Source: Candidatus Hodarchaeota archaeon (GTDB taxonomy: Archaea > Asgardarchaeota > Lokiarchaeia > Sigyniarchaeales > SOKP01). From it: a stretch of 64,000 nt of DNA. Shown piece by piece: positions 1 to 9,029 of the stretch. Location: NCBI GenBank assembly GCA_048886685.1, contig JBHLKM010000002.1:39532-103531 (forward strand), given 5' to 3'. A program made the translations under genes and the position numbers. A model generated the notes under the pieces. That model was not told the DNA's origin. It saw only the letters and a list, made by a program, of their open reading frames with translations, and did no database searches. The stretch's first letter is position 1, and every line of letters starts with the position of its first letter.

Positions 1-46
1 AAAATGAAAATTAGTCGACTCAGAATATTTTAAAAATAATAATATC

Positions 47-964
47 ATGAGTAGTGAAACCCAAAATCCTTTGTTATTCAAGATATCTATTCTAGGAGAT
101 GAAGGGATTGGCAAAGATAAATTTATTAATTTATTTGCCAAAAGCCAATTTTTAGAAGAATCAGATGCTGAATCAGGTGTCACTTCTTATAACGGCAAAA
201 TAACTATTGATACAGACGAGGGTCAGCAGGAGTGTGTCATTTGGATTTGTAATATTGAAGGAAAAAAAAGATTTAAAACGTCATATTCTACTTATTTGGA
301 AGAAAGTCATGGGATTATGATATTTTTTGATTTGACAAATCGAAAGTCATTTGACAATTTACCAAATTGGATTGATGATATTAAAGAAGAGCGTAAATCT
401 AAAGTTCCTATCCTCCTTGTTGGTAATACAGAAAAATCTAAAGAGTTTGTTGTTTCACCTAAGGAGATTAACAGTCTTATTCGAAAGTTTAATTTATACT
501 ATATAGAAACTTCCCTAACGGCAAGAGAAGGAGTTTTTGACAGCTTTTATTGTATTACGAGCTTATCACTTGGAATTAATGTTAATAGTAAATTTTTTCT
601 AACTAAAGATGTCGTTTATTATCCATCATCAAGCTTAGCTGAATCAATTCCTACAACCCAAATATTATCTTCTCAAGATCTTAGTAATTTGGGACACAAA
701 GCAATTTTTGAGAAAATAGATAGACTAGAGGAAAAAATTAAAAAATCAATGCAAATTGAGCTCCCGCATTATATAATTCTTGCAGCTATATTTTTATCCA
801 TTTCTTCACTTATTTTATTATTTATACAAGATTCCTTGTATATCCTACCAAGAAATCATCCTGGAAGAAGTTACGTTGATCTCATTCTTTGGACAGCAAT
901 GGGATTTGAAATTGTGTTTGTAGTTTTGATTATAATAAGTTATGTTAAACGATATAAAATATAA
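47..964 (+). CDS. Rab-like small GTPase domain with degenerate G motifs plus C-terminal two-TM anchor
   Basis: FKISILGDEGIGKD (G1), GIMIFFDLTNRKSF, PILLVGN, YIETS; two hydrophobic helices at the C-terminus. Confidence 0.85.
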   Translation: MSSETQNPLLFKISILGDEGIGKDKFINLFAKSQFLEESDAESGVTSYNGKITIDTDEGQQECVIWICNIEGKKRFKTSYSTYLEESHGIMIFFDLTNRKSFDNLPNWIDDIKEERKSKVPILLVGNTEKSKEFVVSPKEINSLIRKFNLYYIETSLTAREGVFDSFYCITSLSLGINVNSKFFLTKDVVYYPSSSLAESIPTTQILSSQDLSNLGHKAIFEKIDRLEEKIKKSMQIELPHYIILAAIFLSISSLILLFIQDSLYILPRNHPGRSYVDLILWTAMGFEIVFVVLIIISYVKRYKI

Positions 965-1065
965 TAGATATATTACTGAGCAAATAAATGTGTTAGATGT
1001 AAAATTACAATTTAGGGCAATAAAGAATATTTTTTAAGTTAAATTAAGATAAAAAATGATAAACT

Positions 1066-2043
1066 ATGCCTATCAATACATCAAATCCTTTATTGTTTAG
1101 GATATCCATTATTGGTGAGGAAGGGATCGGTAAAGACATATTTATTAATGCTTTTACATCTAATCAATTCCTAAAAGAATCAGATACAGGCTTAGGTGTT
1201 GCATTTTACAAAGGAAGTCTAATATTAGATGCAGAAAAAGGACAGCAAGAGTGTGTCATTTGGATTTGGGATCTTAAAGAGCGGGAAGGTTATAAGAATT
1301 TACATTCTCGTTATTTGAAAGGAACTAATGGGATTATGCTTTTTTTTGATCTTACTAATCGTAAATCTTTTAACAAAATCCCTGATTGGATTAAGAATAT
1401 TAGAAATAGTGTTAATATTGAAATTCCAATCCTTCTTGTTGGTAATCGAGGAGTTACAAAAAAATTTTTAGTTTCACCTAACGAAATTAACAATATTATA
1501 CGAGAATTCAATTTATTCTATATTGAAACCTCCCTAACAACAAAAGAAGGAATTTATGATAGTTTTTATTGTATGATCAGTTTAACACTTGGGGTAGAGG
1601 TCGATCATCAATTTTTTTTATCAAAAGATATTATCTATTATCCACAATCAAGTCTAGCATTAAAAACTTCTACAACTGAATTGTTAACTTCCCAAGATTT
1701 AAGTAAGTTAAGTCAGCAAGCAATTTTTAGAAAAATAGAGTCTTTAGAAGAAACCTATGAAAGATCGACACAAATAAAAATACCTATTAAATTGTTAGTA
1801 TCTGAAGTAGTTTTATCTATTGGAGTAATATCCTTTTTTATTATTGAGCATTTTTTACGTATGCTTCTTTATGAGTTTCCAGAAGATTTTGAGTATGTAG
1901 ATCTCATTCCTGAACTATGGTCTGTTAGGACAGCGGATCTAATTAAGTTTCTTCTTCTTACCGGTACCACAATGCAATTATTCATCGCTATTTCTATCAT
2001 AGTCAGTTATATTAAAAGTACTCTTAAAAAGACCACTTTTTGA
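1066..2043 (+). CDS. Tandem paralog: degenerate Rab-like GTPase with C-terminal two-TM anchor
   Basis: GEEGIGKD, IWIWDL, FDLTNRKSF, LLVGN, YIETS; colinear with 47..964 including the SQDLS..AIF.KI..LEE linker. Confidence 0.85.
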   Translation: MPINTSNPLLFRISIIGEEGIGKDIFINAFTSNQFLKESDTGLGVAFYKGSLILDAEKGQQECVIWIWDLKEREGYKNLHSRYLKGTNGIMLFFDLTNRKSFNKIPDWIKNIRNSVNIEIPILLVGNRGVTKKFLVSPNEINNIIREFNLFYIETSLTTKEGIYDSFYCMISLTLGVEVDHQFFLSKDIIYYPQSSLALKTSTTELLTSQDLSKLSQQAIFRKIESLEETYERSTQIKIPIKLLVSEVVLSIGVISFFIIEHFLRMLLYEFPEDFEYVDLIPELWSVRTADLIKFLLLTGTTMQLFIAISIIVSYIKSTLKKTTF

Positions 2044-2063
2044 AGTTCTTTAGAATCTGTGGA

Positions 2064-2214
2064 ATGATAGTTAAACTATTTCTATCTACAAATAGTGTTT
2101 TAAGTGGGATGTTTTCCAGCTAATGACATAGTTAATGCTCTTTTTATTCTCGCAATTATAATACAAATTGAAGTGATCATTCCTATTATTATTGGTTATA
2201 TTAAGAATCGCTGA
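2064..2214 (+). pseudogene. Frameshifted relic resembling the TM tail of the two upstream GTPases
   Basis: Reads MIVKLFLSTNSVLSGMFSS* and, in another frame, NDIVNALFILAIIIQIEVIIPIIIGYIKNR*; compare ADLIKFLLLTGTTMQLFIAISIIVSYIK. Confidence 0.4.
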
Positions 2215-2365
2215 ATCTATTTAAAAACCTATTAAAAATTTTTTGATACTAAATATTTAAGTGTTCACAAAAAAGTAGTAATTTAAATATAAAATCTATA
2301 TTTTTCATAACAAAAATCAAATTATTAGCACAAATTAAGAATTGATAAAATGATTGCTGACGATT

Positions 2366-2479
2366 TCACTGACGGGAATCTTCTCTAACAATAGATCCAA
2401 ATAAAGAAGCTCTTTTAACATCATGCTCTTTTAATTTCACTATAATTTTTTCTCTATACTTTTCAATTTGAGAGACCAT
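2366..2479 (-). pseudogene. Truncated minimal nucleotidyltransferase (MNT)
   Basis: MVSQIEKYREKIIVKLKEHDVKRASLFGSIVREDSRQ*; MNT LFGS motif present but the ORF stops before the DxD. Confidence 0.65.
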
Positions 2480-2580
2480 TTTATTTGTCAGACTATTCTA
2501 ATGTTTAGCTTATCTTTACTAAGTATTATCTTCACTAAGCTTAAAAACCTTATTTATTATTATTGCTTTTACGTTTAAAA

Positions 2581-2795
2581 ACATCAGCCTTCATTGGATG
2601 TTCAGCAATCTAGATACTATTTTACAAATATCATCGTGAAACGATGATTTCACGAAAAATGTGATTGCAGAGAAAATAATTCTTCAGTCTTACTAGTTGG
2701 CAATAAAATAGATTTAGCAAAACATCGAGGATATAAAATTCTTTTTCCCGAAATATGCCGCAGCTAAGGATGGATTAGAAATAATGCTGTACTAA
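2581..2795 (+). pseudogene. Decayed Rab-like small GTPase fragment
   Basis: SVLLVGNKIDLAKHR (G4; GNKID at 2699-2713), upstream GCSAI*ILF..RET..KM*LQ and downstream AAKDG in shifted frames. Confidence 0.6.
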
Positions 2796-2797
2796 TT

Positions 2798-3355
2798 TTA
2801 AATTTTCCAATTATTCAAAATTTCTATTGTGTTTTGAGAAGGGAAATTTATTAATAATTTTATCATTATCTCGAAGGCTTTTATCACATTTTCTCCAGAT
2901 TTGGCTGATACTTCGAGAAAAGCGGCAAGGTTATATTTTGTTGCGGTTCGTATTCCTTCAAGGTATGATACTTCTCTTAGATCATATAAATCTGATTTAG
3001 AACCGATTAAAATTATTGGAATGTCTCCTGCATTTTCCCTTATCATTTGAATCCAATCGACTAGGTTCTCTAACGATTCTATATTTGTAATATCATAAAT
3101 AAAAAAAGCTCCATTTGCATCTTTACAGTATTGCGAAAATAAAGATGGTAATTTTAAATCGATCCCCAATTCCCATATCTGTAATTTTATTTCTTTATTT
3201 TTGAAAAATGCTGTTTTTAAATAATATTCAACCCCAATTGATAATTTTCTATCTGGGTTGAATAAACCAGAGGAATATCGTCTTACAAAAGAATGTTTGC
3301 TCCCAGAGGCGTCACCAATGATTAAAACCTTGAATATATAATCAGCTATCGCCAT
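2798..3355 (-). CDS. Rab-like small GTPase with divergent G1/G3
   Basis: YIFKVLIIGDASGSK, IGVEY, KLQIWE, YDIT, GSKSDL, EVSAK; ATG at 3355 preferred to the track TTG at 3403. Confidence 0.85.
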   Translation of the reverse strand: MAIADYIFKVLIIGDASGSKHSFVRRYSSGLFNPDRKLSIGVEYYLKTAFFKNKEIKLQIWELGIDLKLPSLFSQYCKDANGAFFIYDITNIESLENLVDWIQMIRENAGDIPIILIGSKSDLYDLREVSYLEGIRTATKYNLAAFLEVSAKSGENVIKAFEIMIKLLINFPSQNTIEILNNWKI

Positions 3356-3622
3356 CTTATTTATTGAACCCCAATATCCTAATTTTAAACCTCTTATACC
3401 CAAATATCAGAAAAAAATTCACTTATTTATAATTAACACTTCTTTCCTTATTTCACGTGAAAAAAGGGAATTGATTAATAATCTCAAGAATTTCTATTTT
3501 CAAACAAACAAAGTAAGGATACGAGAAAATAGCGAAATCTAACAAATAAGTATATCTATATACTTTGTTTGAATAATAATTAATCATATAGCAAAAGAAG
3601 TTGATTAAAAATTTCAGAACAA

Positions 3623-4708
3623 TTGTGGCAAAAGGTAACAAGAAATTTTGTAAATGCAGGAGGTGCGCCTATCCCTATAAGTGATACACTAATAAAGCTA
3701 ATTCAGATTCTAGTTAATGAAGATCAAGCAAAATTTCTATTAATTTTTAGGAAGCGTGCATTAAATATTGACCAGATTAAAACTAAAACCGATTTAGACG
3801 ATATAGCACTAAAAAAGATGCTCAATGAATTAATGGATAATGGGATAATAACTGGAATTCCAAGTAGGAGTACTGGAATTATGGTTTATTCTTTAGTGTC
3901 TGTCCTTCCGGGTTTAATGGAGTATCCTTTTATGAGAGGTGAAAAAGGTCAAAAACAGAAGGAACTAGCTAAATTAATGGATAAAATATTTGATGAATTG
4001 AGCCACTTAACTCAAAGTAATTACGAAGTACTTGTGGAGCAATTTAAGGGTGGAAATCCATTGGATAGGGTCGTACCTGTTGAAGAGGAACTCGAACCAT
4101 ATCTAGACGTGGTGTTGCCTTATGAAGGCATTAAAAGTATTATAGAAAGAAATGAAATTATTAGTATTAATCATTGCTATTGTAGAAATTGGAAAGATAA
4201 TTTACAAGAACCATGTAAACTAGAAAGTCCTGAATTAAGTTGCTTTCAATTTGGGAGATACGCCCAATTTCTTATAGAACACAAATTTAGTAAGCCAGTT
4301 ACAAAAGAAGAAGCATTAAAAATATTGAAAGAAGCTGAGGATAATGGTCTTTTACACAAAGCTTTTCATGGGAGGAATCCTGGACAGGAAGAAGACGCAT
4401 TTTGTAACTGCTGTAGTTGTTGTTGCCAGCTTTTTCAACTTTATAAGCGAGGAATATTCCCTTTTCATACATTAACATATTATATAGTAAAAATAGATGA
4501 AACCAAATGCACAGGATGTGGAACTTGTGCTCAAAAATGTCCCATAGAAGCAATTGAATTAATAGATAATCTTTCTATCACTAATCTTGAGAGATGCATA
4601 GGTTGTGGGTTATGTGCTTATCATTGTCCTGAGAAAGCTAGGAGTTTAGAAAGAATAGGACTTAGAGAAGTGTGTATCCCCCCTCCACAAATAGTTCCGA
4701 TTAATTAA
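3623..4708 (+). CDS. 4Fe-4S binding protein (N-terminal HTH-like region, Cys cluster, C-terminal 2x[4Fe-4S] ferredoxin)
   Basis: HCYCR, CNCCSCCC, CTGCGTCAQKCP, CIGCGLCAYHCP; start may be ATT at 3611. Confidence 0.85.
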   Translation: MWQKVTRNFVNAGGAPIPISDTLIKLIQILVNEDQAKFLLIFRKRALNIDQIKTKTDLDDIALKKMLNELMDNGIITGIPSRSTGIMVYSLVSVLPGLMEYPFMRGEKGQKQKELAKLMDKIFDELSHLTQSNYEVLVEQFKGGNPLDRVVPVEEELEPYLDVVLPYEGIKSIIERNEIISINHCYCRNWKDNLQEPCKLESPELSCFQFGRYAQFLIEHKFSKPVTKEEALKILKEAEDNGLLHKAFHGRNPGQEEDAFCNCCSCCCQLFQLYKRGIFPFHTLTYYIVKIDETKCTGCGTCAQKCPIEAIELIDNLSITNLERCIGCGLCAYHCPEKARSLERIGLREVCIPPPQIVPIN

Positions 4709-4917
4709 AATTCTATTCGCACTAATTTTTATCTATGTATTCAATTTTAGCAGATATTAGTTATTAGCTATGAAATTATTATTTATCATTAAATAAGTTG
4801 TTTGCAAGTTTTTTTAACTTTCAAATGCTATTTATAATAATTAAAATAATATGGTAATTCCTTATCGGACGATTTAAACTCACTACTGTCAAATTTAAAG
4901 ATCTTGCACCCATTATT

Positions 4918-7140
4918 TTGGTAATGCTATTGCTTTTCGTCTCGATAGCATGTGCCAATATGCTCATTCCTAGTTATGCTGCTATAAGAGAAGAGTTTGA
5001 AATCCCTAAAGCGTTAATAGCAATCCCAGATGCATTTTTTGTTTTAATAAGCGCATTTTTTGCCTTATTATGGGGATATTGGGCAGATCGAATTGATAGA
5101 GGAAAAGTATTAGTTGCAGGAGCATTTTCATGGACTTTTGGGATGCTTTTAACGGCGTTTTCAAATTCGTATCTAATGTTAGTAATCTCCAGAGTATCGA
5201 GTGGAGCCGGATTAGGTTGCGTTTTACCTGTTGGGTATTCTATTATCTCAGATGCGATTCCTGCTGAAGAAAGATCTGGTTGGTTTGGTACTTTGGCTAT
5301 TCTAAGCTCGATATCTAACGGGGCTGGACAAGGGCTTTCTTCTTTCTTGGGTCCTATTTTTAGTTGGAGGTTTCCTTTTCTCTTACTTGCTGTGATTAGT
5401 GTAATTGTAATTATTGTACTTTTTTTTGTAAAAATCCCTCAAAGAGGAGCGGGAGAAAATGAACTTCTAGATTTAGTCGAATTAGATTTAGAATATAGTT
5501 ATCGTATTTCTAAAGAGGATTTAGGTGCTATTATCAAAAAAAAGACAAATCTCTATTTGATAATTCAAGGTTTTTTTTCTATTATCCCTGGGACTGTGCT
5601 CGTATATTTTACAACTTCGATGTTAGTTACTGATTTTTTTAATGATATACCTAGTGAAATACAACTGCAAACAGCTACCATCTTTGCAGGAATGATCGGT
5701 GTTGGTTATATTCTTGGTAATGCTGTATTTGCTCGTTTAGGAGACATCTTATTTAGAAAAAATAAAAAAAATAGAGCTAGGTTAGCTACTTTATGTTTAA
5801 TACTTTCAATTCCTTTTGCTATAATTTTACTTATCTCATTAAGGCCAATAAATGCGAGCAACCTAAATATTAACTATCCTCTATCTCCTGATACAATTTC
5901 CACAGATCAATTGTGGAGTTATATCTTCAGGACCATTGGAGCGATATTTGTTGCCTATCCAACATATATTATCTTTTTTATATTTGCATTAATGGCCTCA
6001 ATGTTAGGGGCAGGACCAGTTGCTAATAGAAATGCTGTTATGATAGATGTGAACATGCCAGAACATAAGGGGACTTCAGCTTCTTTTTTTAAACTCTCCG
6101 AACAGATAAGTAAAGGAATAACTCTTTTAATATCATATACCCTCATTTCTATATTAGGAAGTGTATTCAACATGCTTTTTGTTACTGTGTTTTTTTGGCT
6201 TCCTGCAGCAGTTTTATGGTATCTTGCAAGTAGAAATGTAGAAAAAGATATGAATTATAAATCTAGAATTTTATCAGAACGAAAACAAGTGGGAGTAATT
6301 GATTATATCTTCGAAGTAGAAATTCAAATGGATAGAGCAATTCAAAAGGTACAAGATTCAAGATATTATATACATACTAATCAAGAAAAATTCAATGAAT
6401 TACTTGAAGATGCTTTAAAAATTTTTAAATTCTGTGAACATGAAGGTGAATCTCGAAGTATTACAAATATTGAAAAAAAAGCACATATAATGTATTTAAG
6501 AGTTTTATTAATCAAACATGAAACAAATAACATATTTAAGAAACTTAACTCTCCTGATCTTACAGAATCTGAAATTACTCGCTTAAAAAAGGAACTAAGT
6601 AAAAATTCTATTAAAATTAGTGAATGGGAGAAAAGTACTTTTGGAGAAATTCAAACATATTATGAGGATGCTAGTTTAAAAATTATTGAGGCAAGACTTA
6701 ATCGTAAAAAGAATTTAATTAAGGGACTACATAAGATTTCAGAAGCTATTAAAATTTATGAACGAATAAAATATCTACTAAATGAAAGACTTGAAATTAT
6801 AGAAGAAAGTCAAGAATTATCAGAAGAAGAAACTATCGTTAGAGACAAGGAACAAGAATTATATGATAAATGTATCAAATCTTTAAATGCTACAATTAAG
6901 CTAAAGGAAGAAATTGAATATGCCTTAAATCAGTTAAAAGAAAAAGGGATTCAACAGGAAGATTTAACGAAAATCTCTAATCTTACACAAGAATATGAAG
7001 TAGATCTCTATAATGTGATAGTAGATACATTTAAACAAGATGAACAAACCAAAAATGCACTTATAGATACATTAGAAAAAATAGATGATCTTTTTAATCA
7101 ATATGATAACTGGAGAGAAGTAGATCTTACTGTATTTTAA
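4918..7140 (+). CDS. MFS transporter fused to a long C-terminal soluble helical domain
   Basis: Motif A WGYWADRIDRGK, about 12 TM segments, then about 300 aa charged helical region; frame open upstream to 4858. Confidence 0.85.
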   Translation: MVMLLLFVSIACANMLIPSYAAIREEFEIPKALIAIPDAFFVLISAFFALLWGYWADRIDRGKVLVAGAFSWTFGMLLTAFSNSYLMLVISRVSSGAGLGCVLPVGYSIISDAIPAEERSGWFGTLAILSSISNGAGQGLSSFLGPIFSWRFPFLLLAVISVIVIIVLFFVKIPQRGAGENELLDLVELDLEYSYRISKEDLGAIIKKKTNLYLIIQGFFSIIPGTVLVYFTTSMLVTDFFNDIPSEIQLQTATIFAGMIGVGYILGNAVFARLGDILFRKNKKNRARLATLCLILSIPFAIILLISLRPINASNLNINYPLSPDTISTDQLWSYIFRTIGAIFVAYPTYIIFFIFALMASMLGAGPVANRNAVMIDVNMPEHKGTSASFFKLSEQISKGITLLISYTLISILGSVFNMLFVTVFFWLPAAVLWYLASRNVEKDMNYKSRILSERKQVGVIDYIFEVEIQMDRAIQKVQDSRYYIHTNQEKFNELLEDALKIFKFCEHEGESRSITNIEKKAHIMYLRVLLIKHETNNIFKKLNSPDLTESEITRLKKELSKNSIKISEWEKSTFGEIQTYYEDASLKIIEARLNRKKNLIKGLHKISEAIKIYERIKYLLNERLEIIEESQELSEEETIVRDKEQELYDKCIKSLNATIKLKEEIEYALNQLKEKGIQQEDLTKISNLTQEYEVDLYNVIVDTFKQDEQTKNALIDTLEKIDDLFNQYDNWREVDLTVF

Positions 7141-7146
7141 TGTTTT

Positions 7147-7419
7147 TTAATTATATACCTCCCACCTTAAAACATCAAGCATCTGAATTCTTTCATCTTC
7201 TGAAAGGTCTTGGGATTGTTTTCCTATACGATCTGTATAATCGCAATATTCTTGTTCAAGATATAGGTTTATTAAAAGGATTAAGCAATTTCTAACTCTT
7301 AAAGCATTTGATATTCCATCTTCGAGATCTTTCATCAACTTAATAATAATCTTATATTGCATTAAATCGGACTTGCTACTCTCTTTTAAGATTTTATCGA
7401 AACAATCGTCCATTTTCAA
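7147..7419 (-). CDS. Hypothetical protein
   Basis: 90 aa ORF, plausible composition, no motif recognised. Confidence 0.55.
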   Translation of the reverse strand: MKMDDCFDKILKESSKSDLMQYKIIIKLMKDLEDGISNALRVRNCLILLINLYLEQEYCDYTDRIGKQSQDLSEDERIQMLDVLRWEVYN

Positions 7420-7522
7420 GAAAAAAAATCTAAATTTTTAACTCAATTCAGCATTATCTCTTTATCTTAAGATTTTACATAAAGAATCATCAATTTAAAA
7501 GTATCTATATTCTTTTTTTTCC

Positions 7523-7545
7523 CGAGATAAAAGGTCTTTATCTCG
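7523..7545. repeat. Perfect 9-bp inverted repeat (hairpin or operator)
   Basis: CGAGATAAA-AGGTC-TTTATCTCG flanked by T runs. Confidence 0.6.
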
Positions 7546-7626
7546 TTTTTCCTATGATAAAAAGTAACTTTTTTACTTGATTATAGACTATATTTCAATC
7601 AAAATTTTAGCAATCTACAACCCGTA

Positions 7627-8136
7627 CTACAATGGAAAAATAGCAATGTTATCCCTATCTTTTATAATATAGTCTTCATCATGGATTGGTTTACCATTAA
7701 CAATGACCTCAATCTTATCTCTTTTCTCAGAAAGTTTGTATTTATCTAATACTGAATTTATAGTACTACCTTCTGGCAAATCTACTATTGCTTCAGCAGG
7801 ACCGACTTCATTAAGTCCTTCATGAAATATGATTTTTGTATAAATAGATTTGATTTTTGTAATTTCTATAAACATTAATCCCATTCTCTTTGGAAATAAT
7901 CCTATCCTATCTCCATCCTTAACTAATTTTCCTGCACCACTATATATCCCATTGACAAAAATATGACTTATTTCATTCTCATTGATGCTTAACTGGTTAA
8001 GTATATCTAATACTGTTTTAAACTCATTAACCTCGATTAGTAAAGTATTTGGGATTCCTGCATCAACCTTCTTATGAAAGAATTTTTCTCTTAATTCTCC
8101 ATATAATTTTACAGATATTGGTATTTTATACACCAC
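7627..8136 (-). CDS. Tandem MoaD/ThiS-like beta-grasp protein without C-terminal GG
   Basis: Two repeats ending IFVNG..VKDGDRIGLFP and VIVNG..IKDRDNIAIFPL*. Confidence 0.8.
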   Translation of the reverse strand: MVYKIPISVKLYGELREKFFHKKVDAGIPNTLLIEVNEFKTVLDILNQLSINENEISHIFVNGIYSGAGKLVKDGDRIGLFPKRMGLMFIEITKIKSIYTKIIFHEGLNEVGPAEAIVDLPEGSTINSVLDKYKLSEKRDKIEVIVNGKPIHDEDYIIKDRDNIAIFPL

Positions 8137-8307
8137 CTTTCTAAAAATAATTAATATTAGCTTAAAATTTATCAGTAAGTAGAAATAGCTCTGCTCTTAT
8201 AAATTGAACACGTTGTTCTTAATATAAATCTTTCTTTTATGAGCTAAAGTAGAACTTTTTTTAAAGTATGAACAGAAGAACTGAAATTTTTAGGTAAAAA
8301 AATACTC

Positions 8308-8862
8308 TTAGGGCCCTACTTCTAGGCTTTGTACAAAACTATCGATAGTTTGTTCTAAATCTATAATATCGTCTACTTCTTTAATATCACTTGATGCCAG
8401 TTTAGCAAGAAACTCTTTTAACAATTTTTCTTTATCTTTATCAGTTGGAAACAAAAGACTGCTTTTGTAATGTTCCCAATCTAGAATATTCGTGAAAATT
8501 AGAAACAAAATCTCAATGTGTGAATATTCAATTAAGCTTAGTAATTTATCCTTAGTAATCATAATTTTAGTATGATCCTTGTAGAAATCAGATAAATCAT
8601 CATAATAGTTTGTAAGTCTGGCAATGTTATCTAATTGTGAACGTAAAGCTGCTTTATTTATTGGACTATCTTCATCTTTATATAAAATATCAAAATAAGT
8701 CATTATAAAGTCTTTTAATTTTTGAAGCTTGGTTTGGAACACGCGAGTCTTTACAATTCGCTCGAACATGGGTGACTCACGGTCTTGGTAAAATTTAAGC
8801 TCAAACTTTACTATATCCAAAATATCAAAAAATAATTCCCTTATATCAATCTGTTCAGCCAT
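8308..8862 (-). CDS. Hypothetical helical protein
   Basis: 184 aa ORF, no motif recognised. Confidence 0.65.
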   Translation of the reverse strand: MAEQIDIRELFFDILDIVKFELKFYQDRESPMFERIVKTRVFQTKLQKLKDFIMTYFDILYKDEDSPINKAALRSQLDNIARLTNYYDDLSDFYKDHTKIMITKDKLLSLIEYSHIEILFLIFTNILDWEHYKSSLLFPTDKDKEKLLKEFLAKLASSDIKEVDDIIDLEQTIDSFVQSLEVGP

Positions 8863-9029
8863 AATTATAATCGTTCAATTATGATTTAAAAATTTATTAT
8901 ATTTAGGATGAAAATATCTAAACTTATTACAATTCTAAATAAGTTAAAAAATATTTATATTTTTATATTTAAAGATTGGATATACAACAATTTAAATTTC
9001 TCTCTAAAGTACATCATTTTCATTTTATC

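Noticed and set aside
2366-2368. TGA ending the MNT fragment as possible selenocysteine
   Set aside because: Position is not a Cys site, the downstream frame does not restore the DxD motif, and no SECIS was recognised
2629-2655. Two overlapping alternative hairpins (ATCATCGT-GAA-ACGATGAT and TCGTGAAA-CGATGA-TTTCACGA) suggesting an RNA switch or IS end
   Set aside because: Lies inside the decayed GTPase reading frame, with no transposase or second copy seen; may be a local mutation scar
3451-3462. Palindrome TTTCACGTGAAA between divergent genes
   Set aside because: Single 12-bp AT-flanked palindrome with no second copy at a related gene
8206-8219. CGTTGT half-site upstream of the tandem MoaD-like gene as a third ModE-like box
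   Set aside because: No matching AYAACG half-site at 12-nt spacing
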